A stretch of 63,957 nucleotides of DNA, the filler included, from Welwitschia mirabilis (taxonomy: Eukaryota): assembly GCA_051453625.1 (NCBI GenBank). It is 7 parts of one record of this genome, joined end to end, with 100 filler letters (N's around TTAATTAATTAA, not from the genome) between each part and the next. Parts side by side here need not be neighbours in the genome. Positions count along the whole stretch, not along the records: positions 15,107 to 30,187 come from JBOZIK010000001.1; positions 30,288 to 46,771 come from JBOZIK010000001.1; 5 more parts are not named here. The stretch is one strand, 5' to 3'. The notes beneath the pieces were generated by a model. It ran no database searches, was not told where the DNA came from, and worked only from the letters and a program-made list of their open reading frames with translations. Shown one piece after another: positions 27,233-39,900 of the stretch; positions within the stretch are counted from its first letter, which is position 1, and every line of letters starts with the position of its first letter. A program made the translations under genes and the position numbers.

Positions 27233-27635
27233 AAATACTACTCTACGTCCAGTAGACCCCTTAGGAATTTAGTCAACTCCTTAATGATTAGCTATGAAAG
27301 TTTGATACTTATGTCTAGTACACCCCTCAGGAATTCAATCGACCTATTAATGATCAGCTATGAAGTATTAGATGCACAAGTCCAGTTGACCCCTTAGGAA
27401 TCCAGTTGATTCCTCTGAATTCAATTTATTTTGGTGTAACCTTCAAGTTTGACCGACTCCTTGGAAATCCAATTGACCTTAGAGGGTATAAAAACTAAAA
27501 AGTTTAGATTTAAATTGTGACAAATCATTTCAGCCTCTAATCTAGAATGATTAATATTTTCTGCATAAGATATAACATGTTTTGCTAAACAGAAAACATT
27601 AGTTTGATATCAAATTGGCAAATATTAACTCAATA
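27230..27635 (-). repeat. Truncated Sirevirus 3' LTR
   Basis: Matches 33857-34264 (cagctatgaagtatt, acattagtttga.atcaaattg, aatattaactcaa). Confidence 0.85.
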
Positions 27636-27647
27636 ATCTCCCCCTTT
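27636..27647 (-). other. Polypurine tract AAAGGGGGAGAT
   Basis: atctcccccttt abutting the LTR, the canonical Sirevirus proximal PPT. Confidence 0.85.
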
Positions 27648-28581
27648 AACATTGATGGCAAACTTATTCTTAGTTAAAGATATTAATTTTGGAAAATGCT
27701 ACCCCTCAGAAAATGTCCATTACATTTGTAATTGATATTGAACATTTATATCAAATGAGACTTTTTAGAGAGTTTTTAATTTGTGTCATAATTAAAACAA
27801 TTTGTAGTACAATTTGTGAGGCATGTAAATTTCAAAATATATATGACAAAAGACATTTGGATCAAGAATTATTTAAGAGCCATAAGATATAACAAAAATT
27901 ATAGCTCATGATTAATTGGATATGAACTAAAAAATGAGAGACAGAGATGATAATAAAATTTATTTCTATTACTGAAAGTTGAACATTACAATAAAAAGTG
28001 CTCATCAAGAGCAGTTACAACTAAACAAAGTAGCATAAACAACTANNNNNNNNNNNNNNNNNNNNNNNNNNNNNNNNNNNNNNNNNNNNNNNNNNNNNNN
28101 NNNNNNNNNNNNNNNNNNNNNNNNNNNNNNNNNNNNNNNNNNNNNNNNNNNNNNNNNNNNNNNNNNNNNNNNNNNNNNNNNNNNNNNNNNNNNNNNNNNN
28201 NNNNNNNNNNNNNNNNNNNNNNNNNNNNNNNNNNNNNNNNNNNNNNNNNNNNNNNNNNNNNNNNNNNNNNNNNNNNNNNNNNNNNNNNNNNNNNNNNNNN
28301 NNNNNNNNNNNNNNNNNNNNNNNNNNNNNNNNNNNNNNNNNNNNNNNNNNNNNNNNNNNNNNNNNNNNNNNNNNNNNNNNNNNNNNNNNNNNNNNNNNNN
28401 NNNNNNNNNNNNNNNNNNNNNNNNNNNNNNAAGATGAACATTAAAATAAAAAGTGCTCATCAAGAGAAGTTACAACTAAACAAAGTAGCATAAACAACTA
28501 ACTAATTCTTCCAATTTTGACATCAAGAAGAAACACAAGCATGAAAATTTCATTAAAGCATAAGCAAAGAAAGACGATCAA

Positions 28582-29607
28582 TTATATTCCTCGTCTTCCT
28601 CCTCTGATTCGTCTTTAGAATATTTTCTTCTTCCTCTTACTCTTCTTCAACATCCTTTTGCATTGAGCTTCCAACTTTTTCTGAAGTATTTATAATCTCA
28701 TATCCAGCTATGATCAGAGCTTCTTTCATATGCCGGATATGAAAGTCTATTCACCTCAGCTAAGAAAGAGTCTTCTCTAGTGAGGCTTGCTTGGGAAAAG
28801 GAGACTTCGAGGATTTTTTAGAACATATAAAGATATGCATGTGAGATAACATTTCATGCCCAATGGCTAACATGGGATTAAGGGTATTTAGCTTTGGGTG
28901 AAACTAGATTCTATATTGATGATGAATGTTGGTAATCAGCACTAAGGAAGGTAAAGCTCTAGTCCTATGATACTCCAACTGGGAGATCATATTCATCAAC
29001 ATGATGGTGAAGGCATTAATAGAGTGTCTGGTTCATACCAAGTACATCAAATATGTCCTATAGTTAAATGTCTCATCATGATGATCTGTCAAAGGCAAGA
29101 AATTATAGGTAAACATCAAATGCAAAAATATGTACTTTGGGGTAAAGAAAGAAGTAGAAAAGGTGGTTTTTCATCTATGAAACTTACTACAAAGTTCCCT
29201 TGTTACCTTTGTTTTGTTTTCCATAGAATCATAAAGAGGCCAAAACTCGTCATAGAATCCTCTTATAAGATTAGTAGTAGTAATGTAGTTTACAGAAACC
29301 CTCATCTTCTTTTCCAAAATGAGGGTTTCTAAGGTTGAATTGCTAGCATCATAAGAGGCGTTAGAGTAGAACATCCCAGACATTAAAAAAGTAGGAAATA
29401 TCTAGATCTTATAAAAGTTGTATCACATCTTTGAGTTCCTAAGCACTATAGTGGTAACAGCCCCTTCTTAGCACACTGGCTTCCTCTCAAACTTCTCAGA
29501 GAACTTGTCTAAATCTTTTTTAGACATTTCCTGATAAAAATATGAAGGATCTCTGCTAATACCTCCTTTTGCCACCTTCTAAAGGGACCCTCAGCCATTA
29601 TAACCAT
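28582..29607 (-). pseudogene. Sirevirus env-like extra ORF remnant
   Basis: Between pol and the 3' LTR: VAKGGISRDPSYFYQEMSKKDLDKFSEKFERKPV.., ORF 29171-29383 (MFYSNASYD..LETLILEKKMRVS), acidic tail DESEEEDEE. Confidence 0.65.
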
Positions 29608-29959
29608 CTGGTAGAAGCTTGGAGATAAGAAAATCCTAAAATAAGAACTAGATATGAAGGAGATAGGTGGCTAAAAGATAATGAATAGGTTTGGGCTCTA
29701 CTAAAATTTTAAGAGAAGGGAAATTAAGTGATATTTCATAGAGAAATTAGGTCCAACCCTGATTCTACCACACTATAACCCTATAGGTCTAGATAACTGG
29801 TTTGAGGTCCGGTTGATCCACTGAAATGTGGATCACGGTACTTTAAGGTCTAGGCGACTGGGTTTTCAATCTAATCGATCGACCTCATCTAGCTGACCAA
29901 ATTCTAGATCCAATTGACTGCCTCACAATTAGTCATAGGATGAAGAGATAACCCCCAGT

Positions 29960-32853
29960 TTATTCCAAAGACAAGAAAAATTATCAAAATTTAGGGGTTT
30001 AGTAAAAAAATTAGCAAGTTGCCAATCTATACTAATAAAATTCATGGAAATATTTCCTTTTCAACTTGATCTCTAAGAAAATCGGTCTTAACTCGATATA
30101 TTTAGCTCTGAAATGTTAAACGCAGTTTTTAAAAATATCAATTATACTAGTAGTATCATAGAAAATAGGAATCTGTTTAAAAACTATNNNNNNNNNNNNN
30201 NNNNNNNNNNNNNNNNNNNNNNNNNNNNNNNTTAATTAATTAANNNNNNNNNNNNNNNNNNNNNNNNNNNNNNNNNNNNNNNNNNNNCCTCTTTTTCATT
30301 CAACATTTTTCGTGCCCTTTCTTTGAGGGCTCTATTTTTTCTCTTAACAATTCCATTTTATTGAGGTATTATAAAGGTTAAGGATTGGTGATTAATACCA
30401 TTGTCAATGTAACACTTCTCAAATAAATGATTTTCAAACTCACCATCATAATCACTTTTTATTTTCTTTATGGTATAACCTTTCTCATTTTGAATTTTGT
30501 TGCATATTTTAATCCAATGTTTATACGTTTCAAATTTATTTGTAAGAAAGGTAATCCATGTATATCTTGAGAAGTCATCAACCATAATTAGAAAATAGTA
30601 TTTACCTCCTAAACTTGGGGTTTCAACTGCTCCTACCAAGTCCAAATGAATAAGCTCTAAAGGCATGGTTGTGGAAACTTGGTTTTTACTTTTGTGAGAT
30701 GTTCTTATTTGTTTTCCTTTTTAGACGCATCACAAAGACCATGTTTTCTAATATTTGTTTTTGGAATTCCTTTGATAATTTTTTTCTAATAATCGCTTTT
30801 AAATGATCGAATTTCACATGACCTAAATGTTTATGCCAACGCTCTTCTTGATTAACATGAGAAAATAACAAGCAGAAAATGATTGATCAATGCCATAGAC
30901 ATTATCTATTCTATTTTTTTGAGAATAATATCTTTTTTTTTTTGCCATGTCTAACTTCGTATTTAGTATTATAAAAAATAACCTAATGACTTTTATCACA
31001 AATTTGACTAATGCTAAGTAAATTATGCTCCAAACCATTAACATACAAAACTTTATTTATTTTGGATAAGTTACCTCCATCAATGCTTTTGATTCCTTCA
31101 ATATTAGCTCTTCCATTATCACCGAAGATAACTTCTCTTCCACTAAAGTCATCTAGCTGTTTAAATCTAGACTTATCTTCTGTCATGTGTCAAGAGCAAC
31201 CACTATCCACATACTAGCTAGTTCCATTTAAAACTTTGAAAGATGTTTGAATCAAAATTTTTTTCAAATTGTTAGCTTTTACCCACTTAGTCCTTTTGGA
31301 CTGATATGGTATAACTCCTTTTTGAACAAATTTAAATGAAAAGGTACTAATTAAATTTAAAAATAACATCAATTTTATAGCAGTACAAAATAACTTGGAA
31401 TAACCTGAGTTACCACAAAAATGACATGTAACTTTAGAAATAAACTTAATTTGCCAAGTTACCTAATTTTGCTAATTTTGTATCCTTTGGGAGATGAAAC
31501 CAATACCTGTCTTATCATGAGTCAGTTTCTGTATTCTAAGCATCTGTTCCAATTTAGTTAAACCACTAGAAAATTTATTGACAAAATCTGTCAAGTTCTT
31601 TACCTTTAGTGCAAGCTCCAAATTTTTAGATTTGGCCATCTTGTATTACGTTTCTAATCCTCCTTTTATTTGACGAGGGTTTTCACAATCTTGTTCAAAT
31701 CATTGATGTTCTTTGCCAATTTTTCATGCTTCATGTAAAGTTCCTAACAAGTGTCTTTAAGCTCATTCTAATCTTTTTCAATAAGGTCCAAATCATCAGG
31801 TTCAAATGTGCTAGGCAGTTTCCATAATGGAGGTATAATTGTCATGAAAGAGAACCTTCGATCTCCATATTAATCTTAGCTGGAACTACTTTCATCAACT
31901 TCATCTACATTATTCAATATAGTAATGAATGAAGATGTCTTCAACTTTCTTTATTCTCTCTTAGTGTTTGGACACTTATTTGCAATATGTCCATAGCTTT
32001 TGCATGCATAACATTAGATCTCTTTTCCTTTGTCTTGATCTTTTTTGAACTCTGAATGACCTTTTTTAGTTCCTCTATTTAGCTCACCTTTTTTTTTCTT
32101 TTGTGAAAAAATTTATGAAATAATCTTACTAGTAGAACAACTTCATCATCATCAAAATCTTTATTTTATTTTTCTAATATGTATTCTTCTTGCACATATT
32201 TCAAAGTAATACTTTATTTCTATCTTTAGAAATCTCAATTCATAAGTTTGTAAATTACCTTGCAATTCTTCAAATGCCATTGTTTAGTTTCTTCGATTGT
32301 AGTGAATTTTAGCTTATATCTTTTTGGAAGGGATCTTAGCAATTTTTAAACCACCTTTGCCTCATCCATTCTTTCACCTGGACTTTCGATGAAATTTACA
32401 ATGTCGGTAATTCTAGTAAAGAATTCCTGTAAAGTTTCTTCCTCGTCCATATGAATGTCTTCAAATTGAGAAACAAGCATTTGGAGTTTGGCCTGCTTGA
32501 CAGTGGATGTCCCTTCATGTATAATCTCAAGGATGTCCCATGCTTCTTCATCTTCAAGTTCACAATTCATTTAAACTCATTTGCATAAACTCCACAAAAA
32601 ATCACATTAAGAGCACAAGCGTCTATGGTATCTTTGGATCTATCAGTGGGGGTTCATTGGTCTCTAGTTTTTGCTACTATAATGGTATTTCCATGGGCAT
32701 CAGTTTTAGTCATAGTGGGAATAGTATAAGCATTGTAAATGACCTTTTTAATGTTCATGTCTAGGAACCTGAGGAAGATTCTCATACAGGATTTCCAATA
32801 TGCATAGTTTAATCCATCAAACATGTGTAAAATCCATCTAAAAGATTACTCAT
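29960..32853 (-). pseudogene. Copia gag-pol remnant (gag, CCHC knuckle, protease, GAG-pre-integrase, integrase, RNase H)
   Basis: ORFs 32346-32570, 30983-31186, 30686-30871 (WHKHLGH) and 30358-30666 (LELIHLDLVG..VDDFSRYTW..IKSDYDGEF). Confidence 0.92.
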
Positions 32854-32904
32854 TTTTGGGTTCTAGAATCTAGACTTATTAGGATCTAACACAGACTCAA
32901 TCAA

Positions 32905-32916
32905 GCTTTAGTATCA
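32905..32916 (-). other. Degenerate PBS (tRNA-iMet)
   Basis: TGATACTAAAGC 2 bp from the LTR end, differing from TGGTATCAGAGC only by transitions. Confidence 0.7.
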
Positions 32917-32918
32917 AA

Positions 32919-34264
32919 TGGTGGATCAAGAACCCTAAAGTGGGGGATTATTAGGATTTAAAACTTAATTGAATAACTTCATAAAAATAACTGTACATGA
33001 AATGAACATTAAAAAGTTATGCAAATAAAACTAAAACTATTTTGGAAAACTAAAAAATAGAAAGCACAAAAATACCAATGAGGAAACACACAATATTTAT
33101 AGTGGTTTGGGAAACCTTCTACTTCACTCTTGATGATCAGCTTATTTCCAAGCCTAATTTGGATCTCTATTAATCACTTTTTAGGTATTCTAGGTTCACC
33201 TGTAACCTTTACAACCAGACTTTTCTGAGGCTTAGTCTCAACCTTTAAAATGATGTGAAGCAGTAACAATTGTGTGCCGAAATGCACAGGTTTCACCCAA
33301 TCTTTGGCTTAAGAATAGTATTGCTACACTACTTGAGAAGATGGTATAATCTTAATGTGTACAGTGCAACTGACTTAATCAATTATGCAAAGATAATAAC
33401 AGCTCTTAATTTGTCATTAGTTATGTATGATACGCTAATGAGTACAATGAATGATTTCAAAATGATTCAAAAGTGGTAAGTGATTTTGACTCGTGGCAAA
33501 TATATAGTGAAACACTTTTAGGGTTTTTACAAGTAAAAAGACCTTCCAATGGATAGAAAATGGGTTCACAATAGCTAGAAAAATCCAATTTCCATCATAA
33601 TTGGTCGATCCTCAAAACANNNNNNNNNNNNNNNNNNNNNNNNNNNNNNNNNNNNNNNNNNNNNNNNNNNNNNNNNNNNNNNNNNNNNNNNNNNNNNNNN
33701 NNNNNNNNNNNNNNNNNNNNNNNNNNNNNNNNNNCTTATCCGATTACTCACATATCCATCTGGTCATCCCTTTGGTCAGAAAAAATCATAACACTATTCT
33801 CTGCTCTACGTTCAGTCGACCCCATAAATGTTCAGTTGACCCTTTGCTGACAAAGCATGAATACTACTCCAGGTTTAGTCAACTCCTTAGGAATCTGGTC
33901 GATTCCTTAATAATCAGCCATCAAATTTTGATGGTTAGGTCCAATTGATCCCTTAAGAATTCGGTCGATCATTTGATAAGCAGCTATGAAGTATTGGATG
34001 CACAGNNNNNNNNNNNNNNNNNNNNNNNNNNNNNNNNNNNNNNNNNNNNNNNNNNNNNNNNNNNNNNNNNNNNNNNNNNNNNNNNNNNNNNNNNNNNNNN
34101 NNNNNNNNNNNNNNNNNNNNNNNNNNNNNNNNNNNNNNNNNNNNNNNNNNNNNNNNNNNNNNNNNNNNNNNNNNNNNNNNNNNNNNNNNNNNNNNNAATA
34201 CAACATGTTTTACTAAACAAAAAAACATTAGTTTGACATCAAATTGATAAATATTAACTCAACA
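32919..34264 (-). repeat. Sirevirus 5' LTR (gapped)
   Basis: TGTTGAG...TAGGGTTCTTGATCCACCA, homologous to 49467-51011. Confidence 0.85.
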
Positions 34265-36077
34265 ATAACCTCAACTTTGTCATTTATTTATAGTTAATAA
34301 AGTATTACAAATTCATGTATAACCTCATATTTAGTGAGAAAGTTGTTTGATATTTTATTACAAAAATGTGTTCCTCCAATACTAATTAAAACGTGTGAAT
34401 AGCCAAAATGAGTTAAGACGTTTTGTTTAAAGAATCTAACTACTATTTTATCATTATATGTTTAATAATCACATGCTTCAACTCATTTAGCTACATAGTC
34501 AATACAAACGAGTATGTATTAATATCCGTTGAATAATAGATAAGAGCCTTAAAAATTAATTCCCCATTTTTTGAAGGGCTCAATAGTAAGAATGAAATTT
34601 AAAGGCATTATTTGTCTACATGAATGACTTCCTAATCTTTGATGATTATCACAAGATTTATAATAAAGATAGAAATCTTTGAAAATTAATGGCCAATAAA
34701 AACTATATTATAGGATTTTTTTTATTTTTGCATTCTTATTAGCTAAATATTAATCCCCACAAGCCTCGAAATGGCAATTTTTAAGTATGTCATGAGCATT
34801 AGTTTGAAGGACATATTTGCCAATGACTTAATCTAGATAGTACTTAAAAAGGTATGGGTTGTCTCAAAAGAAATATTTAACTCAATAATCGTTTTTTATT
34901 GTTAATGGTCTAATGGAAAGAAATAGATTTGGAGACTAAGGAATTGGTGATATCTATAAACCAATGTATTTCTTTGACTAAAAAGAAATGTTAATCAGGA
35001 AAATTATCATCAATAGGTAAAGATGTTTGCAAATTATTTAGAGATATGCATAAAAGATAACCTATGGCAACATTCTCAAAGCCTTTTATATCCTTAATCT
35101 CTAAATCGAATTCTTGAAGGAGAAGGATTTATCTAATAAGACGTGGTTTTAAATCCTTTTTGGCAAAAAGGTATCTAAGTGCTAAGTGATTAGTGTAAAT
35201 GACTACCTTAGATTCTAAGAGGTATTGCATAAAATTTTTAAGGGTAAAGAAAATAGCTAGAAGATCCTTCTTTATGATGGTATGATTGATTTGAGTGTCA
35301 TTTAAGGTTTTACTAGTGTAGTAAATCATAGTTGGCTTTTTATCAACTCTTTATCCTAAAATGACTCCTAATGTAAAGTCACTTGCATCACACATAAGTT
35401 CAAAAGATAACTTCCAATTGAGTGGTTGGATAATGGGTGTTGNNNNNNNNNNNNNNNNNNNNNNNNNNNNAAGTTATTCAAATGCATTTTGATATTCTAT
35501 AGTCTAGTTAAAGGAGACTCCTTACTTAAAAGATCATATAAATGCTTAGAGATTTTACTAAAATCCTTAATAAACCATCTATAATATCCTACATGCCCTA
35601 AGAATGATCTAATTTCTTTTGTTTTTGGGGGCTTTTCAGGTATGTGATCAATGAGATCTTAGTAAGATCTACCTAAATTCCTTCCTTAGAGATGACATGT
35701 CCTAAAACTATACCTTGATTTACCATAAAATGGCATTTTTCTCAATTCAGTATAATGTGTCTTTTAATGCATCTTTTGAGGACATGATCTAAGTTGTTTA
35801 AATAGTGGTTAAAAGAAGTTCATAAACTGAGAATTCATCCATGAAGATTTTTAAACCTGCATATAATAATCGGAGAAGATTCCAAACATGCAACATTGAA
35901 AAGTAGCAGGTGCATTACATAAGTAAAGAGGCATTCATTTGTAAGCGAACGTTCCATAGGGGCAAGTAAAGGTAATCTTGTCTTGATCTTCAGAAGCAAT
36001 TTTAATCTAACTGTAACCTAAGTAACCATCCAAGAAATAGTAAAAAGGGTGTACTGCAAGTTATTCTAAAATTTGAT
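34265..36077 (-). pseudogene. Second RT-RNase H-integrase block of family B
   Basis: Paralogous to 37477-39270. ORF 35129-35329 IYYTSKTLNDTQINHT..KDLLAI; KIFMDEFSV; MCDASDFTLGVIL. Confidence 0.9.
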
Positions 36078-36949
36078 NNNNNNNNNNNNNNNNNNNNNNN
36101 NNNNNNNNNNNNNNNNNNNNNNNNNNNNNNNNNNNNNNNNNNNNNNNNNNNNNNNNNNNNNNNNNNNNNNNNNNNNNATCCTAAGCATGAAAGTTAAGAG
36201 GTAATTGTTCACATAAGGCCTCTGATTCCCACATTTTTATTTCTTTGTATTTTTTTTTCTAAATTTACATATGTCCTTAGTATTATGCCTTTAAATCATA
36301 TTAAGCATATAGTGTTATAACATTTTTTGCCAATAGAGTTAAGCATGTTATTTTGTGTAAAAATTAGTGCTACATTGCTAATGAGAATTTATATCCCTCA
36401 TGTAGTTGAACATGTTATAGTTAGATCATTAGAGCTACATTACTAATAGACATCCATAGCCATCATGCAGTTAACTAAACCCAACTAAGTGATTAGTATT
36501 ATATTCTTTTGGAGAAAAGATATATTATTTTATTTTCTTCATAATTTCATAGTTATTTTTAATATACTTTAGGAGGTCATTAGCTCATTAGTTTAGTCAA
36601 GGAAAATCTTATCCCCATTAAACGATTTTTACTTAAAGAGCATATGCAAAGTTAAATCCCCACCTTTTCAAGCAAGTTTTACTTAAACTAAAGATCCTCA
36701 AAGAATGTGTTCTTAACTAACCTACTCGAAATAAGTATTCTTTTCATTAAAACTCGATAAGTAAAGTGAATCGTAACCATTAATTAGTTGATAACATGAT
36801 CACTTATTATTAATTTTTGTTTTAAGAGCTTTTAACCTAGATCAATAAGTCTTAAAAACTCATGGATTAATGGTTCAGGTGGATGATTCATTAGTTTGAT
36901 GGAGTGATTTTATAATGGATTTAATAAATGGTACAGTTCAAAAGTGTGG

Positions 36950-39900
36950 AGAGATGATTAATGTTCATTGACTTTAAGGAGTTGATTGTTTTTTGGATTT
37001 TTAATGAGAATAACTCCATGTAGCATAACATTTTTTTTAAAAAGGGTTCTTTTCACTTAGATACTAGTTTACCTAGAAAAATATGTAAGCATGAGTTATA
37101 AAGTAATATTAGTTCTCCCTCCTGAAAAGGTTTTCTAAGGGTATGTTGATCATGAAACATCTTCATCCTATCCTTATTTATTTTCATGTTGTTATAGGCA
37201 TCATTTCTAATTTTGTCTAATTCATTGAGTTGTATGACCCTATTTTTCTTTACAACCTCTAAGTCTAAGTTTATGTTTTGGATTGCTCAATACGACTTAT
37301 GTTCAAGTTCTATAAGTATATGACATGCTTTATCATGAACTAATAAAAAATGTGATATTCGTAAGGGTATTTTATAAGTAGTGCGGTATGCCCATAAGAA
37401 ATTGTTAAGTTTGAAGGACTATTTTTTTATGTTGATTTTACTACTTTTTGAAGTATTTTCTTAAGTTTCCTATTTGTAACCTCATCTCAGTGACTTATTT
37501 GTAGGTGATAAGGTGTTGTAACTTTATTTGTAATCCCATATTTAGTGAGAAGGTTGTTGAATATTTTATTATAGAAGTATGTTCCTCTATTGCTAATTAA
37601 GATATATGTATAGTAAAAATGAGTTAATACATTTTATTTAAAGAATCTAACTACCATTTTAGCATTTTTTGTTTGATAAACACATGCTTTAACCATTTAG
37701 TTGCATGGTCAATACAAACAAGAATGTATTGATGTCCATTGGATGATGAATAAGGGCCTTGAAAATTAATTTTTCATATGTCAAAGGGTTCAATAGCAAG
37801 GATAGAATTTAAAGGAAGCATTTATTTATGTGAAAGACTCCCTAATCTTTAGCAATTATCACAGAATTTACAATAAAGATAGCAGTCTTTGAAAATTAAT
37901 GACTAGTAGAAATTGGATTGTAAGATTTTTTTTAGTCTTGTTAGCTGAGTACTGATCCCCATAAGCCTTGAAATGATAATGTTTAAGTATGTTATGAATG
38001 TTAGTTTGAGGGACACATTTGTGAATGACTTGGTTCAGATAGTACTTGCAAAGGCATGGGTTATCTCAAAAGAAATATTTGACTTGGCTCAAAAACCTCT
38101 TTTATTGTTAAAGATATAATGGAAAGAAATAGTTTTAAACATTAAGTAATGGGTAATATCTACAAACCAAGGTATTTCTTTAACTAAAATGAGATGCTTG
38201 TCTAAAAAAGTATCATCAATAAGTAAAGGTGTTTGCAAATTATTTAGAGTTATTTGTAAAAGATAATTTGTGACAATGTTATTAAGGCCTTTGTTATTCT
38301 AAATTTCTAAATTAAATTCTTGAAGGAAAAGAATCCATTTGATAAGAAATGATTTTAAATCCTTCTTAATAAAAAGGTATCTAAGGGCTGATTGATCAAT
38401 GTAAATGTCTACCTTAAATCCAAAAAGGTATTGCCTCAATTTTTGAAGGGTAAAGACAACAACCAAAAGCTCCTTCTTTATGACAATGTAATTAATTTAA
38501 TGTCATTTAAGGTTCTACTGATGAAGTAAATCATAGTTGGATTTTTATCAACTTTTTGTCCTAAATTTCTCCTATTGTAAAGTTACTTGTATCATACATA
38601 AGTTTAAAGGATAACTTCCAATTAGGTGATTAGATAATAGGTGTGAAATTTAGCTTTTATTCGGGTTTTTAAAATGCATTTTAATGCTTTAAAGTTCATT
38701 CAAAGTAAGTATCCTTACTTAAAAGGTCACACAAAGGCTTAGAGATTTTACTGAAATCCTTAATGAATCACCTGTAATATCTTGCATGCCCTAAGAAAGA
38801 TCTAATGTCTTTTTATTTTGAGGGATTAGTAGGCATGTAATTAATAAAATCTTAGTAGTATCTACCTAAATTCTATCTTTATAGATGACATCTCCTAGAA
38901 ATATGCCTTGCTTTACCATAAAATGATATTTTTTCCAATTAAGTATAAGGTATTTTTCAATGCATCTTTTAAGGACACATTTTAAGTTATTCAAATAGTG
39001 CTTATATGAGGTTCCATAAACTAAGAATTTATTCATGAAGATTTTAATACCTAAATCTATTAAGTCATAGGATATTCTAAACATGTAATATTGGAAAGTA
39101 GGAGATGCGTTACATAGGCCAAAAAGCATTCATTTTTAACTAAATATTTCACAGGGGTAAGTGAAGGTAACTTTGTCTTGATCTTTAAGAGAAACTTAAA
39201 TCTAAGTACAACCTGAGTAACCATCTAAAAAATAGTAAAAAGGGTTTCCTGGGGGTTGTTCTAAAATTTGATCTAGGAAAGAAAGAGGGTAATGATCTTT
39301 TCTAGACATAGCATTTAATTTCCCGTAATCAACACACATCCTCCATTCTATAGCAAGTTTGGTAGGTATAAGTTCGTTATCCTTGTTAGGGACAAGGGTA
39401 ATTCCTGATTTCTTCACTATAGTATGAGTTAGACTTTTCACTCATTATCTAAAAGAGGGTAGATAATTCCATTGTTAAGAAGTTTAATTATCTCATTTGC
39501 AACAACTTCCCTTATAGTTGGGTTTATCCTATGTTTTGCTTCAATGGATGATTTGGAAGTCTCTACCAAATAGAGGTGGTGCATGTAGATACTGGGATCA
39601 ATGCCTTTAATGTCAAAGAGGGTTCATATTATTGCCTCTTTATTCCTCCTTAAGAGTTTAAACAATTGATCTTCGTCAGATGAAATTAAGGAAAAGTTTA
39701 ATGACTACCAAAAAGGTGGAGTTATCCCCTAAGAAAGCATATTTTAGATCATCAGGCAAGGGTTTGAGTTCTAAGTCAACTTAATTTTAAGCTACGAGGC
39801 ATGTTTTTGGAGAGCATTCTCTTTTATCATTTTCAGGAGAGTGAGAAGTGGATTTTTTATCCTCAACAAGGCCTTCTACCCTATCTACGTATGCTACCCC

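Larger units (their letters stand above)
27230..34264 (-). mobile_element. Nested Sirevirus/SIRE (Maximus)-like Ty1/copia element
   Basis: 5' LTR 32919-34264, PBS, gag ORF 32346-32570, protease YVDSGCS*HMT, integrase ORF 30358-30666, RNase H end (LRDQVEKG..QLANFFTKPL, ~30000-30090), extra ORF, PPT AAAGGGGGAGAT and a truncated 3' LTR. RT is missing at gap 30188-30287. Confidence 0.9.
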
